Shown piece by piece: positions 8,065-17,313 of a DNA stretch of 40,722 nt. Position numbers and translations under genes: made by a program. The notes under the pieces are model-generated. The model saw only the letters and a list, made by a program, of their open reading frames with translations, had not been told where the DNA came from and did no database searches. How positions within the stretch are numbered: the stretch's first letter is position 1; every line of letters begins with the position of its first letter. This stretch comes from a virus, in IMG/VR virus record IMGVR_UViG_3300032355_000002, positions 1-40,722 of that record, one strand, 5' to 3'.

Positions 8065-8519
8065 TGCTCGCGGTGAGGCCAACGACGGACGCTTCGGCTG
8101 TTAACGCCGTCCTTCATCACCCCGCTATCGCTAGCAAGCTACACACCGATGACCGCGAACCCGGCTACGTAGAGCATCCAGCGCTCACGACGTATCTGGC
8201 AACAATCGATGACGCAGCGGCAGGCGTGTTTCTCGCCATCAGGCTATCACGGTGGGAAGTCGAGGCGCACGTCGCCATCCTGCCAAGCTATGTGCGCCGC
8301 GCGCGCGATCTATGTCGGCTGTTTCTCAAGCAAGCATTCGCACCTTCCGACGTGCAGCGCGTGACGGCTCCTGTACTCGCTACGTTACCGAGTGCGGCCA
8401 ATCTGTGCCGGCGACTAGGCTTCCTAGACGAAGGCGTGCGGCGCGCGGCGTGCCGAATAAACGGTTATCCGGTCGATGTTCTGCAACTCGGCTTGACGCG
8501 CAACGATTTCTGTGTCTAG
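8064..8519 (+). CDS. GNAT-fold (RimJ/RimL-like) acetyltransferase-like protein, 151 aa
   Basis: Recall: the C-terminal pattern QRVTAPVLATLPSAANLCRRLGFLDEGVRRAACRINGYPVDVLQLGL fits the GNAT beta4-alpha3...beta6 region. A GNAT-clan DUF (I believe DUF2824) occupies this slot in P22-like phages. The canonical Q/RxxGxG/A motif is not obvious. Confidence 0.55.
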   Translation: MLAVRPTTDASAVNAVLHHPAIASKLHTDDREPGYVEHPALTTYLATIDDAAAGVFLAIRLSRWEVEAHVAILPSYVRRARDLCRLFLKQAFAPSDVQRVTAPVLATLPSAANLCRRLGFLDEGVRRAACRINGYPVDVLQLGLTRNDFCV

Positions 8520-8582
8520 CTGATCCGTGCCGCGTAGTAGCGCCGTCCGGGAGCGCACCCTAGCATCTAGGTTACGCGCGGC

Positions 8583-9203
8583 TTGTCGTTTATCGGAAAC
8601 CTCGTAGGCGACGTACTCGGCGGCGTGACCGGCGCCAAGCAGGGTGCTAAGGCTGCGGGACAGGCAGCGCAGACACAGGCGGCGGCGGCTGACCGCGCCA
8701 TCGCTGAGGCTCGTGCGGCGCGAACCGATGCTGCCGCCCTCCAGGAGCCGTTCGTTCAGGCTGGGCGGTCCGCTCTGGCGCAACAGATGGCCTTGATCGG
8801 CCTAAACGGCACGACGGCGCAGCAGGACGCCATTGGCGCTCTGACGACCTCACCCGAATACACCGGCGCTGTCCAGCAGGGAGAGGAGGCAATCCTCGCC
8901 AACGCCAGCGCGACCGGCGGCTTGCGCGGCGGCAACACCAACAACAGCTTGGCCCGCGTCCGAGGTGACCTGTTGCAGCAATTGATCGCGCAGAAATACA
9001 ACCAGTTCGGCGGGCTCGTATCGCTCGGGCAGAACGCGGCGGCCGGCGTCGGCAACAACGGGCTCGTTACGGCGCAGAATATCGGGCGACAGTTGACCGA
9101 GCAGGGCGAGGCCATCGCAGGAGGGCAGATCGCCAGAGGCAACGTTACAGCGAACGCGATCAATACGGCAGTGCGGATCGCCGGCACGGTAGCGGGGTTC
9201 TAA
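8583..9203 (+). CDS. Putative ejection / internal virion protein, 206 aa
   Basis: Seen: TTG start with no ATG available, and a Gly/Ala/Gln-rich product (MSFIGNLVGDVLGGVTGAKQGAKAAGQ...). Inference: composition and position after the needle gene match P22 gp7-class DNA-transfer proteins. Confidence 0.55.
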   Translation: MSFIGNLVGDVLGGVTGAKQGAKAAGQAAQTQAAAADRAIAEARAARTDAAALQEPFVQAGRSALAQQMALIGLNGTTAQQDAIGALTTSPEYTGAVQQGEEAILANASATGGLRGGNTNNSLARVRGDLLQQLIAQKYNQFGGLVSLGQNAAAGVGNNGLVTAQNIGRQLTEQGEAIAGGQIARGNVTANAINTAVRIAGTVAGF

Positions 9204-9928
9204 TGGGTCAGCCGATCAACTACGACGCGCTTCTGACACAGCTTGACTTCTCGCCCTTGGTGCAGGGTCTCCAGCTTCGCCAGGCTAACAAGGCGCGCCA
9301 AGCGGCGGTGCAGCTCGCGCGCGACAAGTTCACGCTGGATCAGCAGCAGGACGCCGAGTACATTCAGGCTGTCAACGATTACCGTGCCGACCCCTCGGCC
9401 GAGCGGCTGCGCGACCTCTCCATCCGCTTCCCCGACAAGCAGGAAGCGTTGAGCAAGGCGGCGGATAGCTACGATGCGGGCGCCAAGCGCAACCTCGTGG
9501 AGGCCGCGTCGTCCGCGCTGGGTGCACTGGCCGCCAACAAGCCGGATGCCGCTATCGGAGTGCTTGAGCGTCGCCGCGCGGGTTTGAAGAATAGCAACGT
9601 GGACACGACGCAGACGGACCAGGCCATCGCCCTTATCCGCTCGGGCGATACGACGGGCGCGCGGGCTATGCTGTCCTATGCGCTGTCGGGTCTGGTGGGA
9701 GGTGAGCATACCGCGTCCATGCTCGACACGCTGGGCTACGGCGGCAAGGCAGAAGAGCGCGCGGCGGACCGGGCGTTCAAGGATCGTCAGCAGAGCGAGA
9801 CGGAGCGACACAACCGCGCGACCGAGGGCACGGCCAACGCCCGCGTGGCGGTGAGCGCGAAGAAGGGGGCGGGCAAGAGCAAGGGGAGCGGCAAGGGTAA
9901 GCTCCCGGCCGGCTTCATTCTCGACTGA
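9203..9928 (+). CDS. Putative ejection / internal virion protein, 241 aa
   Basis: Seen: the ATG overlaps the previous stop (TAATG). The product looks helical and has a Lys/Gly-rich tail (KKGAGKSKGSGKGK). The function is inferred from position only. Confidence 0.55.
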   Translation: MGQPINYDALLTQLDFSPLVQGLQLRQANKARQAAVQLARDKFTLDQQQDAEYIQAVNDYRADPSAERLRDLSIRFPDKQEALSKAADSYDAGAKRNLVEAASSALGALAANKPDAAIGVLERRRAGLKNSNVDTTQTDQAIALIRSGDTTGARAMLSYALSGLVGGEHTASMLDTLGYGGKAEERAADRAFKDRQQSETERHNRATEGTANARVAVSAKKGAGKSKGSGKGKLPAGFILD

Positions 9929-12900
9929 TGGCAGTAGGTGATTTCCCCGAGGGCGCTACCGCCACGCACAAGGACGGTCGCAAGATCGTGTTCCGCGATG
10001 GTGAGTGGCGCGTGGCGCAGGGCGCGACCCCACCCGCCACGGCCAAGGATACTGCTGCTCGCACGGCTTCTACTGGAGCAGCCGATGCTTTAGCGCAGCA
10101 GCTCAGCCGCGTGCAGCAGCTCTATCGCGACAACGTGAGCGGTGTGTCGTTTGCAGATACAGGCCTGACGCCGGCCGCTGCGCAGTTCGATAGCGCTGCT
10201 GCGGGACTCGGCGATCAGGCACTGGCGGCCTTTCGCGTCCCCGGCTCCGGTGCGCAGTCCGACACTGAGCTTAAGGCCTTTGTCGCAGCTAATCAGCCTC
10301 TTGCGACCGATTATGACGCTCGTATCGAAGAGAAGCTGCGCAACATCCGCACTCGCTTGGATGCCCGGCGTAAGTCGCTCGGGTTGCCTGAGTGGGATTA
10401 CGATACGGGCAAAGCGAAGGGAGGTGATCCAGCATCTACGGCGGCGGGGGCGGCTGGTGGAAACGGTCAGCCCCCGTCCGGTGCCGCGCCCAACCCTTTC
10501 GACGGTGGGGCACCGCCGCAGAATCGTGCAGCCGGCGGGAGTGTTGAGTTCACTGGCGAGGGCGCGCAGATGCAGGCAAACGCCCTGCGCCTGTCCGATG
10601 AGCAGTTCGCCACTTTCCAGAGCCTCGCGCAGTCGGGAGCCAACGCGGATCAGTTGGCGGGCGCTGTCGCGGCTTTCGGTCGCCCCGTCGATGCCGAGAG
10701 CCGGAAGAACCTAGAAGGTATCGCCGCCTTCTATGCGAAGCCGGAGAACCGCGGTACGCCTCTGGGTGTCGATTACCGACGCGATGAGGTGCAGGCGGTT
10801 GACCCTGGCGACGGTGCTGCCGGTGCGGCGGCGCGCGGAGCGGGTAACGTCCTCACCTCCGGTTTGCTGGACGAGGTAGGCGCCTTAGCCGACGTGGTTA
10901 CGCAGGGCGGTGAGTACGCCGACAATCTTGATCGTCGCCGCGGCATGGAGCTGTACGACGAGCAGAACAACGGCGGCGCTCGCCTTGCGGGTCAGCTAGT
11001 TGGCGGCCTGCCTCTTAGCTTGCTTGGCGGTGGATCGGCGCAGGCAGCGGCTCGGGCGGCAGGTATGACGGCCCTGCGCGGTGGTGAGGCGCCGGCGGCG
11101 GCCAGAGCCATCGCCAACCGCGTTCTCGCTACTCGCGTTGCGCTAGAGTCCGGCGGCTTCGGTGCGGCCTACGGCTTCGGTGATGCCGATGGCGGCCTGG
11201 GCGAGCGCGCGGTCGGTGCAGGTGTAGGCGGCGTCACGGGCGCGGTGCTGGGCGGAGCAGGGGCCTATGCCGGCGGTCGGTTCGCGCGGAAGTTGGCTGA
11301 GCGGGGGCGGGGGGCTTCATCCGGACCGACCGAGGCGCAGGCGTTCGGAGAGGCGGCCGCTAGGCGCAACGTCGCCTACCTGCCAGCCGATGTTCCTGGC
11401 GCGACTGCAACTAGGCTGGCTAGCGGACTGTCGAACGTCAGCCTCGGTAGCATACCGCTGTCCGAAGCCGCGCAGGGCGCCATTCGGACCGCTGAGCGCG
11501 CAAAGGATGCGGTTGCGCGCGGGATTGGGACCATCGGGGATGCTACCAGCGCAGGGCAGGCGGTGCAGCGAGGAGCGCGGTCGTTCATCGGTTCGACTAA
11601 GACGCGTGGTGAGGATTTGTATCAAGCTATTCCAATCGCTGGCGGAACTGACGCAAATGTCTCTAGTACACGAGCGGCGTTGGCGGACCTAACAGCCGGT
11701 TTAGAGAGCAATCCGCGGCTGTCTGCCCTAGTTGAGGACTCGCGCCTGAAGGCCTTCGCCGATGCCTTAACGCCTATTGAGAACGTGGTCGGGCCTCTGC
11801 CGCGGCGAGGCGTTGCACCGGCATTCTTAGGAGCGGACGGAAAGGTCTATGCAGGCCGGATTGGGGAGCAGCATTTCTCAGCAGTATCACCGGAGGCACG
11901 AGCGGCGGGAATTGATGGTGTTGGCTTCGTGGATAAGGACGGGCGTTTTCTAAACAGGCAAGAGGCACTTGAATACGTTAATTCCACTGGCGAGCGCATC
12001 AAGCCGAGTGCAAACATGGAGGGCGAGTTGGATGCCCTAGACTACCGGCAGCAATCCAAGTTCGCGCGCACCGACAAGCCAGTCGGCAATGGAGCTCTGT
12101 CGTGGCAAGACCTGAAGTCTTTTCGCACATACGTCGGCGAGAAACTAGGCGGGCCAGAGTTGCAGTCCGACACCTCTCGTACTGCGCTTAAGGCTCTATA
12201 CAGCGCGCTCAGCGCCGATATGGAAGCGACGGCAGCGGCGCAGGGGCCGCAGGCGCTTAACGCGTTCAAGCGCGCGAACAGCTTCTGGCGAGCGAGGCAG
12301 GCACGTGTCGAGAACGTGCTGTCCGACGTACTAGGTACGGACTTGAACAAGTCGCCCGACGCTGCTTTCCGTCATATTCAGTCGCTTGCGGTGGAGAAGT
12401 CAGGCGATCCGCTCAAGCTTGGCCGACTGATCCGGTCGTTGCCGGAGGACGAGGCAAATACGGTGCGCGCTACCGTGCTAGATCGCCTCGGATTGGCGAG
12501 CGCCGGTCGCCAGGATGCCTCTCAGGAACTCTACTCACCAGCGGAGTTCATGACGCAGTGGTCGAAGCTTAGTCCGCGGGCCAAAGCCATCCTCTTCGGC
12601 GGCGAGCATCGACAGGCGCTTGACGACCTCGTGCTTATCGCGGACGGGATGAAGGGGTCTAGCCAGTTCGCCAACACCTCGCGTACGTCACTCGGCACAA
12701 ACGCGTTGGCGACAATCGGCACGTTCTGGGTCAACCCCCTTCTAGGTATCGCTTCGGTGGGCGGGCAGCTTGGCGCCGGGAAACTGCTCGCCAATCAGTC
12801 CTTCGCTCGCTGGCTAGCCCGTGCGCCGAAGAAGCCGAACATCAAGGCGCAACGCGCCTATGTCGAGCGCCTAACGTCCATTGCCCGCGCCGAGCCGGCC

Positions 12901-13056
12901 ATCGCGAACGACGTTCTCGCGCTGCAACAGCGGCTGGTGGACGCGTTCGGGTCCGCGCCGACACGACTCGCAGCGGATGAACGCCGCGACCATCGCGCAC
13001 CCGTCAATCGGCAGGGCAGTCAGCAGCGCGGCGGACAGCAGGAGGCGCGTCCATGA
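9928..13056 (+). CDS. Large ejection / internal virion protein, 1042 aa
   Basis: Seen: the longest ORF in the window, with its ATG overlapping the previous stop. It has Gly/Ala-rich segments that could be membrane-active and an AT-richer internal block around 11820-12060. Inference: it is the equivalent of P22 gp20/gp16 by position. Confidence 0.7.
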   Translation: MAVGDFPEGATATHKDGRKIVFRDGEWRVAQGATPPATAKDTAARTASTGAADALAQQLSRVQQLYRDNVSGVSFADTGLTPAAAQFDSAAAGLGDQALAAFRVPGSGAQSDTELKAFVAANQPLATDYDARIEEKLRNIRTRLDARRKSLGLPEWDYDTGKAKGGDPASTAAGAAGGNGQPPSGAAPNPFDGGAPPQNRAAGGSVEFTGEGAQMQANALRLSDEQFATFQSLAQSGANADQLAGAVAAFGRPVDAESRKNLEGIAAFYAKPENRGTPLGVDYRRDEVQAVDPGDGAAGAAARGAGNVLTSGLLDEVGALADVVTQGGEYADNLDRRRGMELYDEQNNGGARLAGQLVGGLPLSLLGGGSAQAAARAAGMTALRGGEAPAAARAIANRVLATRVALESGGFGAAYGFGDADGGLGERAVGAGVGGVTGAVLGGAGAYAGGRFARKLAERGRGASSGPTEAQAFGEAAARRNVAYLPADVPGATATRLASGLSNVSLGSIPLSEAAQGAIRTAERAKDAVARGIGTIGDATSAGQAVQRGARSFIGSTKTRGEDLYQAIPIAGGTDANVSSTRAALADLTAGLESNPRLSALVEDSRLKAFADALTPIENVVGPLPRRGVAPAFLGADGKVYAGRIGEQHFSAVSPEARAAGIDGVGFVDKDGRFLNRQEALEYVNSTGERIKPSANMEGELDALDYRQQSKFARTDKPVGNGALSWQDLKSFRTYVGEKLGGPELQSDTSRTALKALYSALSADMEATAAAQGPQALNAFKRANSFWRARQARVENVLSDVLGTDLNKSPDAAFRHIQSLAVEKSGDPLKLGRLIRSLPEDEANTVRATVLDRLGLASAGRQDASQELYSPAEFMTQWSKLSPRAKAILFGGEHRQALDDLVLIADGMKGSSQFANTSRTSLGTNALATIGTFWVNPLLGIASVGGQLGAGKLLANQSFARWLARAPKKPNIKAQRAYVERLTSIARAEPAIANDVLALQQRLVDAFGSAPTRLAADERRDHRAPVNRQGSQQRGGQQEARP

Positions 13057-13080
13057 CCGCACGCACGGAGCATAGCCGCG

Positions 13081-14961
13081 ATGGCGATTGAGGCATACCC
13101 GGTTTTTGTGGACCTAGACGGGACCGCGCTCGAAGGCGGTTCGGTGTACTTGGGTGCGCCCAACAGCGACCCCGAAGCCGCGCCGGTCAACCTGTTCTAC
13201 GACGCAGCCCTGCTGATCGCCGCGCCAAATCCTCTAACCGTTTCTGGCGGCGTCATTGTGCGCGATGGCGCACCAGCGAATGTGTACGCGGCTGATCAGT
13301 TCTACTCCATTCGTGTGCGCAGCCGTAGTGGGCGTGTCGTCTGGTACAAGCCGGTAGCGGGCGGGACGGGCGCATCCACGCGGCTAAACTTCCCGGTGGC
13401 AGGCGGTCCTCCCGGTGATGGCGGCCCCGCAGGCCCCGCCGACAACACCTACACCACCCTAGCCGCGCTGCTGGCGTCCGATCCCTCGCGCAAGTCGGCG
13501 CGACTGGTGCCCGGTCCTGGCGAGACGGCGCCGGCCGGTAACTTCTCCAACCCGACCGGCGTGGCAGGCGCCTGGGTGCGGCAGGAAGCGGTGGGGGTGG
13601 CCTGGACACCCACAATCGCCAACGCGGCGACGCGCCCTGTCGCCGACGTGCTGTACACGATGGGCATCAGCCCGCGTAAGTACGGCGCCAAGGGGGACGC
13701 GGCGGCCGACGAGTCCACGGCCGTGCAGCGTGCGATAGACGAGTGCCTGTCCTTTAACCCGCCCGCTCCGCTGCGGGTGGACGGCTATTTCCGCATCGAC
13801 AAGCCGCTCGTCATCAACCGCCCGGTCAACTCGTCACTGTCGTGGTGGGAGGTGGTGGGCACTGGCCTCAACGCCGGGTTCCTCGTCGTCGGCGACGTGA
13901 ATATGTTCGACACGACGATCAGCTACAACGGGTCCATGCCCGTAGCCGGCGAGTTCGTCGTGCGCGGTCTGAACCTCGTTGCCAGCACGCCGACGCAAGC
14001 CTCGCAGACGTTCACGACGGGCAAGTTCGTCAACGTCGTGTTTGACACCTGCACCTGGGTCAACCTCAAGCTGATGGGCACGCCGCTCTACGCGCAGGGC
14101 ATCCGCATAAAGGGCTGCCGCGCCTACTATTGGCAGGGGCGGTTTTGGGAGTCTGGCGGGGCCTACGACTGCAAGGTGGAGGATTTCCGCACCAAGTTCG
14201 GCGGCGATGTGTTTCGGTGGTTCTCCGCGTCCTACCCCGTCCTGCGCGCCAAGATCGCCGACTGCGCGTTCGAGGGTACGGGGGCCATCTTCCGGGGCTC
14301 GGGTATCTCGCAGCTGGCCTTCAAGGACAACTACTGCGAATATAATAACGCGGCGGCGCTGGACTTCTCGACGGGGGGCAGGGCTAACAGCGCTGTCTCG
14401 GTCAAGGACAACATCTTTGTGCCGCTCGACGGGCAGCTAGCGGACGCGTCATTCTACGAGATCACTTGGGGCGCCACCCTTCGGGCGTTCTCACAAGGCA
14501 ACCTCTGCCTCGCCCGGATGCACGACACCGCGGGAATGACGGGCTCTAACCTGCTGGAGATACACGGCGACGTGGCCGGAGTGGAGCTGTGGCGTGGGTT
14601 CAAGACCGGGCTTACCAACAGTGCGTTTGCGGGCATCGGCAACGTGCAGTTCACCGACACCGACTTCGGGTTGGTCACCGCCCGCGGCAGCCAGTGGAGT
14701 AGCACGCGCGCGGGTCGGTTCGGCAAGGGCGAAGCATATGGTCCCGGAGAAATTCAGAACGGCGCCCTAGTGCCGGAGTACCGCTTCCGCTCGACGGTGG
14801 ACCCCGTGAGCAATCCCGGCGGCTACGACAACCCGTACTGGACCAAGGGCACGCGGATTGACCGTTACCCCGCAGCAGCCGGGGAGCCTGAGTATCACCT
14901 GTGCACCGTGTCTGGCCGTGTGACAGACGGTGGGCAGTTCCGAACGAGGGTAGCGGCATGA
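13081..14961 (+). CDS. Tailspike with right-handed beta-helix / pectate-lyase-like depolymerase domain, 626 aa
   Basis: Recall: ISPRKYGAKGDAAADESTAVQRAIDECL is the classic Pectate_lyase_3 N-cap motif. The N-terminus (GGSVYLGAPNSDPEAAPVNLFYDAAL...) resembles conserved podovirus tailspike and fibre adaptor domains. Confidence 0.8.
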   Translation: MAIEAYPVFVDLDGTALEGGSVYLGAPNSDPEAAPVNLFYDAALLIAAPNPLTVSGGVIVRDGAPANVYAADQFYSIRVRSRSGRVVWYKPVAGGTGASTRLNFPVAGGPPGDGGPAGPADNTYTTLAALLASDPSRKSARLVPGPGETAPAGNFSNPTGVAGAWVRQEAVGVAWTPTIANAATRPVADVLYTMGISPRKYGAKGDAAADESTAVQRAIDECLSFNPPAPLRVDGYFRIDKPLVINRPVNSSLSWWEVVGTGLNAGFLVVGDVNMFDTTISYNGSMPVAGEFVVRGLNLVASTPTQASQTFTTGKFVNVVFDTCTWVNLKLMGTPLYAQGIRIKGCRAYYWQGRFWESGGAYDCKVEDFRTKFGGDVFRWFSASYPVLRAKIADCAFEGTGAIFRGSGISQLAFKDNYCEYNNAAALDFSTGGRANSAVSVKDNIFVPLDGQLADASFYEITWGATLRAFSQGNLCLARMHDTAGMTGSNLLEIHGDVAGVELWRGFKTGLTNSAFAGIGNVQFTDTDFGLVTARGSQWSSTRAGRFGKGEAYGPGEIQNGALVPEYRFRSTVDPVSNPGGYDNPYWTKGTRIDRYPAAAGEPEYHLCTVSGRVTDGGQFRTRVAA

Positions 14962-15155
14962 GCAAGCCTACGATGGCCTCCCCTTGGACCGAGCTGCCGG
15001 GCGACAGCGCGACCATGCGCCAGCTTAAGGCGATGCGGCGCGCGATGGACGAGGCACCCGACGAACACGAGCGCGGCCGGATCGGCGGGCAGCTCACCGA
15101 ATGGATCGACAGCATTAGCGAACCGGGCGCTACCCCGGCTGGAGGTGAGGGATGA
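14958..15155 (+). CDS. Hypothetical protein, 65 aa
   Basis: Seen: ATGA overlap with the tailspike stop. I chose the internal ATG of track ORF 14901..15155. Confidence 0.5.
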   Translation: MSKPTMASPWTELPGDSATMRQLKAMRRAMDEAPDEHERGRIGGQLTEWIDSISEPGATPAGGEG

Positions 15156-15328
15156 ACGACGTGCTTAAGAAAGTGCTAGGCGCGTTGACGCCGGCACAGC
15201 TGGCAGAGACGGTCGCGCGGATCGCACATGGGACCGGCGGGGGCGTCTCGACGCAGGACAGCGGCGGACATGCTCCGACACCACCCCCACCTCCGCCTGA
15301 ACCGCCGATCGAGCCGCCGAAGCCGTAA
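15152..15328 (+). CDS. Hypothetical Pro-rich small protein, 58 aa (below the ORF-track cutoff)
   Basis: Seen: ATGA overlap with GGAGGTGAGG upstream. My hand translation is MNDVLKKVLGALTPAQLAETVARIAHGTGGGVSTQDSGGHAPTPPPPPPEPPIEPPKP. Confidence 0.4.
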   Translation: MNDVLKKVLGALTPAQLAETVARIAHGTGGGVSTQDSGGHAPTPPPPPPEPPIEPPKP

Positions 15329-15336
15329 AGCACGTT

Positions 15337-15828
15337 ATGAGCATCCCGCTACTGTCCACGATCTTGGCCCTACTGGCGTGGGGTGCGCTCGCTCGCGACC
15401 GAGATCGGACAGTGGCGGGTGCTGCTCTCCTAGCGAACTTGCTGTTATGCTGGGGTTTATGGAGGCTGACTGACAATCCGGCCGATCCGAACGATGGCTT
15501 TGACCCGCTCGGTTTGTTCGCGATCGACTTTACAACGGCGGTCTTGTTGGCGGTTGCCACGCGTAGTCGTCCGCCGCTAGTGATCTCGTTTATCTACGCA
15601 ATACAATGTGTTATGCATTGCGCTGTGTGCGCGCTAGGTGAGGTTAGTAACAAGCATAACTACGCCGTTGGCCTAGAGGTGCTTGCGTGGGCGCAGGCGA
15701 TTTATCTCGGGGGCTGGGGTGGATATCTCTCTTATCGACGCGCTTTCCAGTCTGATAATAGTAGCGATGATCCGGAAGCTAACCGGGTTTCTGCTGCAAC
15801 AATGGCATGCCCGAGTGACCGTCCGTGA
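15337..15828 (+). CDS. Polytopic membrane protein, 163 aa (about 5 hydrophobic segments); holin or exclusion candidate
   Basis: Seen: hydrophobic stretches (IPLLSTILALLAWGALA, VAGAALLANLLLCWGLW, LGLFAIDFTTAVLLAVA, LVISFIYAIQCVMHCAVCAL, LEVLAWAQAIYLGGWGGYL). The 3' half is AT-richer. It lies directly upstream of the lysis genes. Confidence 0.6.
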   Translation: MSIPLLSTILALLAWGALARDRDRTVAGAALLANLLLCWGLWRLTDNPADPNDGFDPLGLFAIDFTTAVLLAVATRSRPPLVISFIYAIQCVMHCAVCALGEVSNKHNYAVGLEVLAWAQAIYLGGWGGYLSYRRAFQSDNSSDDPEANRVSAATMACPSDRP

Positions 15829-16358
15829 TTGAGTGGATTCTAGCTGCCACTGCGGTGAACGCGGAAGTGCAAGGGCTAGAAATGGCCCGCGAAGGCGCGC
15901 GCATGGCGGGCAAGTTCTCCCCGGTCAATACCGCCCTGCTGACCGTGGCTATCGGCCTACTGGGCATGATACTCAATTATCTGTATAAGAACCGGAAGCT
16001 AACTACAGAGGTCAACGGCGAGTTACGGCAAGAGTTCATCGCCGAAATGCACGCGCTGCGCGATCAGGTTGGCGGTCTCCGGGATGACAACGACACCTTG
16101 CGTAGCGAGGTGCGAAACCTGCGGCGCGAGAACGATCAGCTACGCGACGAGGTGCGAGGATTGCACGGAGTCATCGACGGATTGAGGCGCGGCACGATGC
16201 AGGCCGCGATGAGCGCGGAGCGGGTCATGGCGTCCGAGCTACCTCTATCGAACGCCATGCAACGCGCCGTCGCGACGCTGGACGGACTATCGAACAGCAC
16301 GGTGCTGCCGGTGCAAGGCACTGCCCGAGGAAACGTAGAAGGGGACGCAAAGCCGTGA
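15825..16358 (+). CDS. Membrane-anchored coiled-coil protein, 177 aa (i-spanin-like or holin-associated)
   Basis: Seen: GTGA overlap. There is one TM segment (ALLTVAIGLLGMILNYLY) followed by heptad-like repeats (LRSEVRNLRRENDQ / LRDEVRGLHGVIDG). The function is inferred from architecture and neighbourhood. Confidence 0.55.
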   Translation: MIEWILAATAVNAEVQGLEMAREGARMAGKFSPVNTALLTVAIGLLGMILNYLYKNRKLTTEVNGELRQEFIAEMHALRDQVGGLRDDNDTLRSEVRNLRRENDQLRDEVRGLHGVIDGLRRGTMQAAMSAERVMASELPLSNAMQRAVATLDGLSNSTVLPVQGTARGNVEGDAKP

Positions 16359-17086
16359 CCACGTTGGTTCGCATCCAGCAGCGCGTCGGCGTCCCTGTGG
16401 ACGGTAAATGGGGCCCGGCTACGGCGGAAGCGATCTGGAGGGCGCTTGGACCGCAGAAGACCACCGCTCTTGCTCAGCCGGCAGCTTTCTATGCCTACGT
16501 GCGGGCGGGGCAGCTTCTAGGGCCTACCTTGTCACCGGGCGAGGTTGAAGGCTGTGATGCCATCCTGACCGCGTGCGGGCGCGATGCGTGGCCCATTGGC
16601 TTCGTCGCCTACGCGCTGGCGACCGCTTACCACGAGACGGCCGGCACGATGCAGCCGATCCACGAGTTAGGCGGCCCGACCTACCTGCGCCGAATGTACG
16701 ATATCCAAGGCGCTCGCCCTGCGAAAGCGCGTGAGTTGGGCAACCTGACCCCCGGTGACGGCGTGCGCTACGCCGGTCGTGGCTACGTCCAGCTTACCGG
16801 CAGGACCAACTATGATAAAGCGGGCCAGGCGCTCGGCGTGGACCTGATCGGATCGCCGGACCTCGCCATGAAGCCCGAGGTGGCGGCCGACATCATGGTC
16901 ATGGGTATGCGGGATGGCTGGTTCACCGGCCGCAAGCTATCGGACGACATCCCGGCCAGCGGGTCGGCTACCGCTGCTCAGTTTCAGGCATCGCGCGACA
17001 TCATCAACGGCTCCGACAAGGCAGCCAAGATCGCGACCGAGGCGGTAGAGTTCCAGGCCGCGTTGATGGCGGGAGGGTGGGCGTGA
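16355..17086 (+). CDS. Endolysin: PG_binding_1 domain plus glycoside hydrolase family 19-like lysozyme, 243 aa
   Basis: Recall: the N-terminal IQQRVGVPVDGKWGPATAEAI is the peptidoglycan-binding repeat. AYHETAGTMQPIHELGG...YAGRGYVQLTGRTNYDKAGQALGVDL matches the GH19 catalytic signature. Confidence 0.85.
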   Translation: MTTLVRIQQRVGVPVDGKWGPATAEAIWRALGPQKTTALAQPAAFYAYVRAGQLLGPTLSPGEVEGCDAILTACGRDAWPIGFVAYALATAYHETAGTMQPIHELGGPTYLRRMYDIQGARPAKARELGNLTPGDGVRYAGRGYVQLTGRTNYDKAGQALGVDLIGSPDLAMKPEVAADIMVMGMRDGWFTGRKLSDDIPASGSATAAQFQASRDIINGSDKAAKIATEAVEFQAALMAGGWA

Positions 17087-17313
17087 AGGAACGTGAGGCC
17101 TTAATCGCGTTTTGCTGCCTCTTGGGCGCTATCTGCTACCTAGCGACCGTGGCGGCCGTTCTGGCGGCGCAGGGCAAGTACGCGGAGGCGCTGGGCTTCG
17201 GCGGGATCACGACGGGGCTTGTCGGCGTGCTGGGCACGTTCAAGCCGCGGAACACGCCGGTATCGGTTGAGCCTGAGAAGGCCGACAGCGCGGCTATCGG
17301 GCGGGTGGTGTGA
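17083..17313 (+). CDS. Two-TM small membrane protein, 76 aa, holin-like
   Basis: Seen: the GTG at 17083 overlaps the endolysin TGA, with GGGAGGG 5 nt upstream (the track start is 17077). The hydrophobic segments are LIAFCCLLGAICYLATVAAVLAA and GFGGITTGLVGVLGTF. Confidence 0.6.
   Translation: MKEREALIAFCCLLGAICYLATVAAVLAAQGKYAEALGFGGITTGLVGVLGTFKPRNTPVSVEPEKADSAAIGRVV

Noticed and set aside
16100-16170. Nucleotide repeat GAGGTGCGA (twice, 42 nt apart) as a regulatory repeat
   Set aside because: It simply reflects a 14-residue coiled-coil repeat (LRSEVRN.. / LRDEVRG..) inside the coding sequence of the TM/coiled-coil lysis-cassette protein.
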